Part shown: positions 35,481 to 46,844 of the stretch, in pieces | How positions within the stretch are numbered: the stretch's first letter is position 1 | Layout of the letters: each line of letters starts with the position of its first letter | NCBI GenBank assembly: GCA_002269645.1 | Contig: NIVC01001111.1 | Span: forward strand, 186,001 to 250,000 | Length of the DNA: 64,000 nt | Source of the DNA: Macrostomum lignano | Lineage: Eukaryota | Direction of reading: 5' to 3' | Position numbers and translations under genes: made by a program | Notes under the pieces: model-generated | What the model was told of the DNA's origin: nothing | The model's database searches: none | What the model saw: the letters and a program-made list of their open reading frames with translations, nothing else

Positions 35481-38400
35481 TTACGCAGCCTCCTGGTGCA
35501 GCTCGGGAAACAGTCTGAGTAGAAGAGGGTCGACCAGAGTAAACAGCAGCTGCTTGTTGACCCTAGGATACTGCAGCAGGTCGTGCAGACGGCTCAACGT
35601 CGCCTCGGCAGAGTCCGCGCCAAGCGCTTGCGACACGTCTGAGTAAGGGTAAAAAGCAAGTAGTAAAATTTTTCATAAAATTGTTGTGATACATCAAAGT
35701 CACGATTTGAATTATGACATCCCCTATTCTGTTAATTGAAATCCTCATTCTGCCAATTGAAATCCCACTATGCTCATCAATATCCTCATTCGGAGGATTA
35801 CCAAATCAATCTTATGACCCTTAACGCTTCAAGTTTCAGAGCCACAATTTTCATGCGCGCAACAAATAAAGAACTGAGAGAGGACAACCACAATAAGGAG
35901 ACTCACACACGCTGGAGCAGGCAGTTTTCAGGGCTGCCAAAGCGTCGGCTCGTCGTTTCTGTTTGTCGCCGTCGCCGGGAGCGACGCGACGCTCCGGGAA
36001 GAAGATTAAATCTAGGGTGGCGCGCATTGGCAGTTTGAAATTCGATAAGCTACTACTTTAAACTACTATAATACTAGTATGAGTAGTCAAGTAGCAATAC
36101 GAGCTCGGGCTCACCCCTGAAGAGTTGCACAATGGGCACAGCCCTGTAGTCGCGAGTGAGTTCCAGCACCTTGGCGTTGATGAAATCGCGAATCAGTCGG
36201 TCAATCAGAGGACGCGCCAGCGGCCGGAGGCCCACAAGCAGGTGGCAGAGCCAGCGCCTCCACCAGGGGATGTCTTCGCTGCCGCCGCCGACGCTTGCAA
36301 AGACGACTCGCTCCAGCAGGAACAGGGCCAAGTCGTAGATGCCGAACACGCGGGGCACGGACACCGGGCAGGGGGCGGTCAGGCTGGGCGACTGGTCGGG
36401 TGATAGCGCCGCGTTGTTCCAGAATAGGTAATTGTGCAGCTGCAGCCGGATGGCGGTTTAGAGAGCGATTTTTATTGTGGGGTTGGAGGCGATTTTTATT
36501 GTGGGTTGGAGGCGATTTTTATTGTGGTTGGAGGCGATTTTTATTGTGGTTGGAGGCGATTTTTATTGTGGGGTTGGAGGCGATTTTTATTGTGGTTGGA
36601 GGCGATTTTTATTGTGGTTGGAGGCGATTTTTATTGTGGTTGGAGGCGATTTTTATTGTGGGGTTGGAGGCGATTTTTATTGTGGTTGGAGGCAATTTTT
36701 ATTGTGGGGTTGGAGGCGATTTTTATTGTGGGGTTGGAGGCGATTTTTATTGTGGTTGGAGGCAATTTTTATTGTGGGAGGAAGTGGAGGCTATTTTTTG
36801 GGGGGGGTTGGAGGCGATTTTTATTGTGGTTAGAGGCGATTTTTATTGTGGGGTTAAAGGCAATTTTTTTGTGGTTGGAGGCGATTTTTATTGTGGGGGA
36901 AGTGGAGAATTTTTATTGTGGGGGAAGTGGAGGATTTTTATTGGGGGGGGGGGGTTGGAGGCGATTTTTAATGAGGATCAGGGGTCGATTTTTTTAGAGG
37001 ATTGGAGGCGATTTTATTAGGAGTTGGAAGCGATTTTTATTGTGGTGTTGGAGTTTACTTTATTCGAGGGAGGTTTGGAGGTAATTTTTACTGGGTGTTA
37101 GGGCGATTTTTAATAGGTTTGGAAGCGATTTTCATTAGGATTATTGAGAAAGTTTCGATTCGGGTTTTCATGGCGGGTTTTGACATCGCATACGAGTAGT
37201 ACGAGAATAACAATCTGAGGTCAAATTGCAAACAAACAAGTTAACTGAGCAACTAACCCGACTCTGCTTGAGCGATTCGACGCCGCCGCCGCCGCCGCCG
37301 CCGCCGCCGCTAGTACCGCCGCGCGGCGCCAACGGCTCGGGCGTGGGCGCCTGAGTAGAAGCCAACAGACCGGGCAGGAAATCCTTAGCCAAAAAGAAGC
37401 CGCGCCGTTGAAACTTAGACGTGAGCCGGTTGAGACTGAGATCGGGCAGCAGGCTGGTCTCGAACTCCTGCAGCTGGTCGGACAGGAATAGGCGGAGCAG
37501 CTGAGACTGGCGCAGCAGCGGCTTGGCCAGCAGGGCGCGCAGGAAGCTCTCCAGCTCGGCCCGCTTCCCGGCTAGGAACTCCCTGCTTGAGCTGCCAATC
37601 AGCCGCTTCGACTGCAGCGGCAGGTCGCCGAGAGCGGCGCCGTGAAATTCACGAAGCTTCTCCTCCAGCACGTAGAATTCCGAATACTTTCTGTACACCT
37701 TCCAGCTGTCGCCGCCGTTCTCTGCCGGGCAGCTAACGTGGATGACGTATTTCATCACTCCGCTGGACAGCTGGCCGTCGTCGGCCGAATTCTCGCCGAG
37801 GCCGGTGACCGTCACGCGCCAGTTGGCCATGTCGCTTTGTCGACGCTGCTGCTGTTGTTGCTGCCGTTGACGAGAGCTGGCGGACAGAACCGAGGATGGC
37901 GGGCGGGTCAGCTGGTCGGCTAGAGAGGCGGCTTCCGGATACTCGGACGCGATGGTTGCCGGGTCGTTGCTAGGCAACATTGCCGCACCGCCAAGCGTAG
38001 AGTCCTCCAGTGCCTCCTCAGCTGGCAGCAAAGGAGGCAGCGACGAAGGGTGCTGGGCGGTGCGGACGGCCTGGCCGTCAACTATGGCCGACTGCTGCTG
38101 GCGGAAGAATCGAGACCGGCCTTGACGCTGCGGCGGCGCCAGGGAGCTGGCGAGTGTGAAAGAATAGACGATGGCTTTCAGCGGCTTGAACATACTGTTG
38201 GGCTGCTGATGAGAGACCGATCAGGAGGGTAGGTAGGGAGGCTACTGAGGGACCGATCAGGGGGTAGGGAGGCTACTGAGGGACTGATCAGGGGGTAGGT
38301 AGGGAGGCTACTGAGGGACTGATCAGGGGGTAGGGAGGCTACTGAGGGACTGATCAGGGGGTAGGGAGGCTACTGAGGGACTGATCAGGGGGTAGGGAGG

Positions 38401-41400
38401 CTACTGAGGGACTGATCAGGGGGTAGGGAGGCTACTGAGGGACTGATCAGGGGGGTAGGGAGGCTACTGAGGGACTGATCAGGGGGTAGGGAGGCTACTG
38501 AGGGACTGATCAGGGGGGTAGGGAGGCTACTGAGGGACTGGTTAGGGATGTGCAGTAATACAGACTTCGGATGGCACACAAAAACATAAATTTAAACAGG
38601 ATACGAGCTTACTAACAAAGAAACGAAAAAACCAGTTCAACGTAGGTACAAATCATTTGAATCGAGGTAGAACCAATTAAAATTATTGGTCCAATGAGGG
38701 ACTACCAGTCAGTTAAAGAAAAACACCATTTAAAAATTGTTGAGATAAGATATTAAATGCTGGACTAAAATACCTCAACAAAGGGTGTAAAAGAACGACA
38801 CCGCCTTACCAGCAGGACAAATACGGTACATGCAAACTGAGTAACTTGATTCAAGGCTAAAGCTGCAGTCTCCTCTCACCCAGCTGAGCCTTCATCATCC
38901 GACAGGGCGCTCTTGGCCGCCGCCTCTGCGGTGGCGGTAGCGGCCGCTTTGGTCCGCTCCCACCACCAGGATAGGGTGGATGCGGCGGCGGCGGCGGTTG
39001 CCATGGGGTTGCTATGCCTTTTATTTTATATCAATAGTTAATAGCATATTAATGAATAGGTTAATCAGTTATAAGGAGTGTTTTACAAAGACCACCTGCT
39101 ATTAAGAGTTAGAGGTTAGTCAGGGGGCTGTGTGCACCGCGGCGCACTTTAAGCGACATTGAGAGGCATTGCTGCCCATTCCGCCGACTCCCCTGAGCAG
39201 GCACACAAGCGCGCGGATACGTACGCAGTCATACGCACAGGCACACACTCACACAGGAGATTACAGCGGCCCTAACTTTATTTATCGTTAGGCATGTACA
39301 CTTCACTGTGTCATGGGGGTTGGCCCTCAATGGCGTTAATTGCACGAGCAGAGCCAAGCCGAAATTCCAATTTAACTCCAAATTAATGTGACTGCACTTG
39401 GAATCGAGCCTGGGCCGCTGGGACATCAGAGCGCCGCGCTAGACTACTAGGCTACGGCCGGCCCCTGCTATTAAGAGCAGCAAACACTTAAATAAGTTCA
39501 GAACTGGATTAATTTTCAATAAAGAGCTTAAAACTGAAAATTACCTGTCTCGCTAATTCGGCCTTCAAATATTTCAAAATTTGCTTCTGTTGAGTGCTGC
39601 GACAGTGACCCTTAACATTATATACTACATAGTAAAGCTTCACAACATTTAGATAATAAAAAATCAGGCTTCAGTACTACTAAAATATATATTATAAAAT
39701 CTCTAAGCTTAGCGCAAGTGGATAAAATATGAAATTTCGAGCTTTTAATAATCGCATTTGCATCACATTAAGTCGGCGCCTTGCTTACTTGGCTTTAGCC
39801 GAACCTTGACCGCTGTCCCTGGAGCCCGACTCCTCCAGCACAACCAGCTTCATGTAGCAGTCGCTATTGGCGAAGGCTGGCAGGTAGTGAGTCTCCAGAA
39901 AGTTGCACACCCGCTCGTGAGCTCTGCAATGGCGGGGAAAGAAGGATGTTTATATTTATATTATACGAGCGTAACTGTGTTGCAAGCCTCTTGCTTCACA
40001 ATGCTCGGGAATTGACCAACTGTGCTCATAGCTTGGCTTAACAGTGACCAGCTGTGCTCATAGCTGACCTTAGCAGTGACCAACTGTGCTCAAAGCTTGT
40101 CTTAACAGTGATCAACTGTGCTCATAGCTGACCTTAGCAGTGACCAACTGTGCTCAAAGCTTGTCTTAACAGTGATCAACTGTGCTCATAGCTGACCTTA
40201 GCAGTGACCAGCTGTGCTCATAGCTGACCTTAGCAGTGACCAACTGTGCTCAAAGCTTGTCTTAACAGTGACCAGCTGTGCTCATAGCTGACCTTAGCAG
40301 TGACCAACTGTGCTCAAAGCTTGCCTTAACAGTGATCAACTGTGCTCATAGCTGACCTTAGCAGTGACCAATTGTGCGTAAAGCTTGCCTTAACAGTGAC
40401 CAGCTGTGCTCAAAGCTGACCTTAACAGTGACCAACTGTGCTCATAGCTGACCTTAACAGTGATCAACTGTGATCATAGCTTGGCTTAACAGTGACCAGC
40501 TGTGCTCATAGCTTGCCTTAACAGTGACCAACTGTGCTCATAGCTGACCTTAACAGTGATCAACTGTGCTCATAGCTTGGCTTAACAGTGACCAGCTGTG
40601 CTCATAGCTTGCCTTAACAGTGACCAACTGTGCTCATAGCTGACCTTAACAGTGATCAACTGTGCTCATAGCTGACCTTAACAGTGTTCAACTGTGCTCA
40701 TAGCTTGCCTTAACAGTGACCAGCTGTGCTCATAGCTTGCCTTAACAGTGACCAACTGTGCTCATAGCTGACCTTAACAGTGATCAACTGTGCTCATAGC
40801 TGACCTTAACAGTGACCAACTGTGCTCATAGCTGACCTTAACAGTGACCAGCTGTGCTCATAGCTGGCTTTAACAGTGACCAACTGTGCTCATAGCTGGC
40901 TTTAACAGTGACCAACTGTTTTCATAGCTGGCTTTAACAGTGACCAACTGTTTTCATCGCTGGCCTTAACAGTGACCAACTGTGCTCATAGCTGGCTTTA
41001 ACAGTGACCAACTGTGCTCATAGCTGGCTTTAACAGTGACCAACTGTGCTCATAGCTGGCTTTAACAGTGACCAACTGTGCTCATATCTGGCTTTAACAG
41101 TGACCAACTGTGCTCATAGCTGGCTTTAACAGTGACCAACTGTTTTCATAGCTGGCTTTAACAGTGACCAACTGTTTTCATAGCTGGCCTTAACAGTGAC
41201 CAACTGTGCTCATAGCTGGCTTTAACAGTGACCAACTGTGCTCATAGCTGGCTTTAACAGTGACCAACTGTTCTCATAGCTGGCTTTAACAGTGACCAAC
41301 TGTTTTCATAGCTGGCTTTAACAGTGACCAACTGTGCTCATAGCTGGATTTAACAGTGACTAACTGTGCTCAAATTTGGCTTTAACAGTGACCAACTGTG

Positions 41401-44400
41401 CTCATAGCTGGCTTTAACAGTGACCAACTATTTTCATAGCTGGCTTTAACAGTGACCAACTGTGCTCATAGCTGGCTTTAACAGTGACCAACTGTGCTCA
41501 TAGCTGACCTTAACAGTGACCAACTGTGCTCATAGCTGACCTTAACAGTGGCCAACTTTTTCCAACTTAAATTAAGAAAAAAATCACTTTTCAAACTCAC
41601 ATGAACCAAGCTGAGCTAGTCCGAAGGTTGGGCACAGAACTGGCGCCATCTTTGACAACTGGATAATAAAATACAGGGTAAATTTATTACACCCCTAATT
41701 GAAGAAGAGAGCAGGTAAAAAGATAAAACCGGCTCACCATTTCGCAGGCAGTTCATAAACTCATCTGGAAGCTGCAGAGCCGCTATGATATCCTTGTTGT
41801 GATGCAGAAGCGACTCGTAGATTCGCTCAATGTCCGAGTAGATTCTCTGACAGGTGTTGTCGCGAATCTCAGCCGCCACCAGGTCTTTGTTGATCATCTC
41901 TGCGGAGAATGGCGATTCAATTGGAGAAGTTACAAGCCAAATCATTGAGCAAAGATTCTCCAGACTGAGGTAATTATCTAGCAATGTAAGAGGCGATTCC
42001 CCAGACTCATAGGGGATTCCCAGACTGAGAGGGGATTCCCCCGACTAAGAAGCGATTCCCTGATTAAGAGGGTATTCTCCAGACTGAGAGGATTCCCCCG
42101 ACTAAGAGGGGATTCCCAGACTGAGAGGATTCCCCAGACTAAGAAGTGATTCTCCAACTAAGAGGGGATTCCCCCGACTAAGAAGTGATTCTCCCAACTA
42201 AGAGGGGATTCCCCCGACTCAGAGGTGATTCTCCCAACTAAGAGGGATTCCCCCGACTAAGAAGTGATTCTCCAACTAAGAGGGGATTCCCCCGACTAAG
42301 AGGTGATTCTCCCAACTAAGAGGGGATTCCCCCGACTTAGAAGGGATTCCCCCGACTAAGAGGGGATTCCCGCAGACAGAGAGCTGATTCCCCAGCAGCG
42401 CAACAGGCGATTCCCAAACAGTGTGAAAGCAATTCCTTTGCGGTATAAGAATTCTCCAGTTTGAAAAGCGATTTACTAGTTTAACAGACAAAAAATGAAA
42501 AGGAGGTACAGAAGGCAAGCCAGCCGGCCCCTCACCCAGATCGCCGTAGAAAATCATCAGCTCCAGACTGTCGCACAATTTCATAAAATCGATGAAAGCC
42601 TGCCGAAGCCCGTGATGCTCGTACACGCTGCCAATATTGCTGGGAGGCTGCAGGCCCTGCTGCGGCTGCTGCTGCTGCTGTTGCCATTCGGCTTTGCTGG
42701 CAGCCATAGCCATCTCCGTGTACCGGTGCAGCACAGGCACCCTGGCGACTGGCTGGCCGCTCGGCTGCGGCAGCGGGAAATCGTCCAGCGCCTCCAGGAT
42801 CAACCGGTTGACGGTGTGCGGATTCGCTAGCGAGTCCAGCGCCGGCATCAGCACGGCGACGGTCAGGATCTCCGTTAGTAGCATCTCTAGGCTCCTGGGG
42901 ACGGTTCATTGGGTTTGTTGTGATGAGCTGTTGTGGGGATGTTGTTTGTTGTGGGGATACGGGATTCTGTAGGATTATGGGAAAATAGGATATGGGATTC
43001 TGTAGGATTATGGGAAAATAGGATATGGGATTTATAAGATTATTGGAAAATAGGATGTGGGATTCTGTAGGATTATGGGAAGCGGGGATATGGGATTCTG
43101 TAGGAATATGGGAAGCGGGGATATGGGATTCTGTAGGATTATGGGAAGCGGGTATATGGGATTCTGTAGGATTATGGGAAGCGGGGATATGGGATTCTGT
43201 AGGATTATGGGTAGCGGGGATATGGGATATTCTAGGATTATGGGAAAAGGGGTTATGGGATTCTGTTATAAAATGGGGTTATGGGATTCTGTTGGGAAAC
43301 GGGAATATGGGATTCTGTAGGATTATGGGAAGAAGAGATACGGGATTCTGTAGGATTATAAGGAGCGGGGATATGACTCTAGGATTATGGGAAGAGATAT
43401 GGGAACTGGGATCTCAAATCATAATTTTCAGCTGAAAGCGGGAAAACAGGGTTATTATTGAAATTGCTGACTGGGCTGGATATGTGAAACAATCAATGCT
43501 TACTTGGAGCCCTTGGCCGTGGGGTGAAGCAGATGCGGCAGTACCTTGGACACAAGGCCTTTCACATAGTCATATTCTGCGGTCCGATCCTTCATGGCCA
43601 CGTGCAGGTGGCCTCGCATGTTGCGCAGCATCAGCGACTCAAAGTTGGATGTGGAGCCCAGGTTGCCTGCGGATGGCGGGGTGCGGTGTCAGTCCTTGCC
43701 AGATCCAAATTGTCAAATTTCAAATTCGGGAACGGTTCCGGAGAATTTCGGGAACGGTTCCAGTGATTTTCGGGAACGGTTCCAGTGATTTTCGGGAACG
43801 GTTCCAGTGATTTTCGGGAACGGTTCCAGTGATTTTCGGGAACTGTTCCAATGATTTTCGGGAAAGGTTCCAGTGATTTTCGGGAACTGTTCCAATGATT
43901 TTCGGGAACGGTTCCACTCATTTTCGGGAACGGTTTCAGTGATTTTGGGAACGGTTCCAATGATTTTCGGGAACGGTTTCAGTGATTTTCGGGAACGGTT
44001 CCAATGATTTTCGGGAAAGGTTCCAATCATTTTCGGGAACGGTTCCAATGATTTTCGGGAATTGTTCCAATCATTTTCGGGAAAGGTTCCAATGATTTTC
44101 GGGAACGGTTCCAATTATTTTCGGGAAAGGTTCCAGTGATTTTCGGGAACGGTTCCAAAGATTTTCGGGAACGGTTCCAATGATTTTTGGGAACGGTTCC
44201 AATGATTTTCGGGAACGGTTCCAAAGATTTTCGGGAACGGTTCCAAAGATTTTCGGGAACGGTTCCAATGATTTTTGGGAACGGTTCCAAAGATTTTCGG
44301 GAACGGTTCCAATGATTTTCGGGAAAGGTTCCAGTGATTTTCGGGAACGGTTCCAATGATTTTCGGGAACGGTTCCAATGATTTTCGGGAACGGTTCCAG

Positions 44401-46844
44401 TGATTTTCGGGAACTGTTCCAATGATTTTCGGGAACGGTTCCACTCATTTTCGGGAACGGTTTCAGTGATTTTGGGAACGGTTCCAATGATTTTCGGGAA
44501 CGGTTTCAGTGATTTTCGGGAACGGTTCCAATGATTTTCGGGAAAGGTTCCAATCATTTTCGGGAACGGTTCCAATGATTTTCGGGAATTGTTCCAATCA
44601 TTTTCGGGAAAGGTTCCAATGATTTTCGGGAACGGTTCCAATTATTTTCGGGAAAGGTTCCAGTGATTTTCGGGAACGGTTCCAAAGATTTTCGGGAACG
44701 GTTCCAATGATTTTTGGGAACGGTTCCAATGATTTTCGGGAACGGTTCCAAAGATTTTCGGGAACGGTTCCAAAGATTTTCGGGAACGGTTCCAATGATT
44801 TTTGGGAACGGTTCCAAAGATTTTCGGGAACGGTTCCAATGATTTTCGGGAAAGGTTCCAGTGATTTTCGGGAACGGTTCCAATGATTTTCGGGAACGGT
44901 TCCAATGATTTTCGGGAACGGTTCCAGTGATTTTCGGGAACGGTTCCAGTGATTTTCGGGAACGGTTCCAGTGATTTTCGGGACGAGTCAGGAAGTTTTC
45001 CATAAAATTTTATGAAGACTCTCGGGCACTGACTCGTACTTGGAATTTTGAATTATTAATAGACAACAAACCTCTGCGAAGCACATCGTTGCACACCTGG
45101 TAGTGCGCCACGGCTCCCGGTATCACCTGGTCTTCAACAAACTGGCCGATATCGCACTGAAAATCAAGTGAATTTCTGAAATTTAAGACTCTTGAAAATG
45201 AAACATTATTATTGGTATAGCAATAAGTTTATTAAATCAACATACCCGAGAGCACCGATGCAGCAGTGCAGAGACGGCGTACTTCAGGTGCAAACGAACA
45301 TCATTTACGAAATCTTCGCGAGAGCTAATCTCTCTGGAACATTTTAAACAAGATTTATATAATATTTTACTTGTCAGTACACAGATACTAAAATAACTAG
45401 ATGGGCCACTCAGGCATATATGAGACACCACAAAAGGTGTTGGTCGATACTGACAGCAGGACGGTGGCCATGGAATACACTTAGTAAAACAGCTTTCTAC
45501 TTTCAGTTCAGTAGCAAAGAAGAATACATAAGCTATTTTATAAAAATAAAGCCAGCTGAAACGACTTTGATAAGTTTAGAAGCCCAAGCTTGCAGGCGTA
45601 AATAGCTTGCTAATTGGTTCAGCAATAATGTACATTGGCCAGTCCACTGAAATGTACATGGCAGCTTTAGGCTGGAATTCCGAGAAAGGCAATAAAGATT
45701 GGGGCGGGGCGAGGGGGGTAGTGTGGAAAGGCGCGGTTGAAGGGTTTAAGCTGTGGGTAAGAGCCAATAAATGAGCCTTGGCTTTAAAAATACATTAAAA
45801 TGCTTCTGTTTAACTTACTACTGAACTGAAAGTAGCTTGCACGCAAATGTGCTGAGTGGCCTATCTGGTTATTCTAGCATCTGTGGTTAGTACTCAGTTT
45901 GAAGGCTCAATACAATAATATTTAACTCACTTATACCAACAGAGAATGTATCTGTCTATCACGAGCTCAAAAAACTGTAAATGAAAAGATGTAATAAACA
46001 AATAATAAAGCTTCATTTGCTAGACTTTATGATACTTAATTGGGTGTGCAAGCTGAGTAAAACAGAGGCTGAACTCACCTCGAACAAAGCGTCGCTGACT
46101 GGCTCGTCAACAGTAAAGTTGATGTTCAAATAGGGCGGAAACGAGCTGGTCGATGCACTTCTGAAGTCAATCGAATAGTTACAGTAATAAAATACAAACT
46201 GCATCATTGTAAAGTACGAGGTAGAGTTCCATGTCCGTAGCTAATTAATTTCCCTTAAACTTCCAAAAGTATTAATAATAAACAATCCAATGGAAAGACT
46301 TCTTTTATTCTTTTACTATAATAAAGTGATGAAGTAAAGAATGACAGCAATAGTTTAACCTAACACTCATTAACATCTAATTTATTAATGGTACAAGAAA
46401 AATGGCTAGGATTGCATTTATCTTAACTTCAGCCCCCCACCACCCATCTACACAATGTGCCACATATAAAAAACATCTATATTCATAACTTCCCATAGCC
46501 ACATCTATTACAGTGGAACTCTATTGTAAAGCTGTTTTCATCATCAAATCTGCTTACTTACCTTGGCCTATAGCAGTTAGAATTTCCACAGACTGTGCAA
46601 TGTGGCTCTGCAGACCTGCTTACTGACTCACTTGATTCTGAGCTATTTTCTTCATAGCGAATCCAGTTTGTCTTACTAGAAATTGAATAGTTAAATAAAA
46701 ATTCAAAGATTTACTAAATTTATGTTTGAAAACAATGAAATACTTAAATGCAAAGTTACTCACTCAGTCAGATACCAAATGACTGCCAGGCCAATCAGAA
46801 ATGATGACACATAGAGTAGAAGATAGAGCAGAATTGAAAACATT
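35481..46844 (-). CDS. SNX14: Sorting nexin 14 (TM-PXA-RGS-PX-Nexin_C), 16 exons, ~990 aa; extreme 5' end uncertain
   Basis: Exons (minus strand): 46844-46764, 46675-46562, 46160-46079, 45974-45931, 45333-45246, 45156-45072, 43666-43504, 42894-42536, 41899-41738, 41658-41601, 39923-39789, 39011-38880, 38146-37258, 36439-36115, 36011-35907, 35638-35481. All introns are GT-AG with a fully consistent phase chain. Peptides CTVCGNSNC, LLTEILTVAVLMPALDSLANPHTVN, WKVYRKYSEFYVLEEKLREFHG and NKQLLFTLVDPLLLRLFPEL match SNX14. Confidence 0.93.
36464..37135. repeat. 22/24-bp minisatellite (GAGGCGATTTTTATTGTGG[GG]TTG)n, degenerating rightwards, SNX14 intron
   Basis: Visible unit starting ~25 nt from the acceptor at 36440. 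Confidence 0.93.
38212..38541. repeat. 31-bp G-rich minisatellite (GAGGGACTGATCAGGGGGTAGGGAGGCTACT)n, SNX14 intron
   Basis: Visible 31-bp period, ~10 copies. Confidence 0.95.
39109..39463 (-). mobile_element. tRNA-derived SINE (355 bp) with a LINE-like 3' end
   Basis: Perfect 14-bp TSD CCTGCTATTAAGAG (39095-39108, 39464-39477). On the minus strand the A box TAGCCTAGTAG (39454-44) and B box GGCTCGATTCC (39410-00) are 33 nt apart. The 3' region CAGGGG..GCGGAATGGGC..GCC..CCCCCTG-CTAA matches the LINE 3' UTRs. Confidence 0.88.
40014..41552. repeat. 32-bp minisatellite (AACAGTGACCAACTGTGCTCATAGCTGGCTTT)n, ~48 copies, SNX14 intron
   Basis: Visible 32-bp period with spatially clustered variants. 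Confidence 0.97.
41993..42372. repeat. ~19-21-bp degenerate minisatellite (GATTCCCCCGACTAAGAGG)n, SNX14 intron
   Basis: Recurrent GATTC..GACTAAGA core. Confidence 0.9.
42960..43390. repeat. 33-bp minisatellite (GGGATTCTGTAGGATTATGGGAAGCGGGGATAT)n, SNX14 intron
   Basis: Visible period, producing the 11-aa repeat in the spurious ORF 43025-43435. Confidence 0.94.
43726..44982. repeat. 22-bp minisatellite (GGGAACGGTTCCAATGATTTTC)n, ~57 copies, with a ~527-bp internal duplication
   Basis: Visible 22-bp period. The same variant series recurs 527 bp apart (ORF starts 44114/44641, 43960/44487, 43917/44444). Confidence 0.97.
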
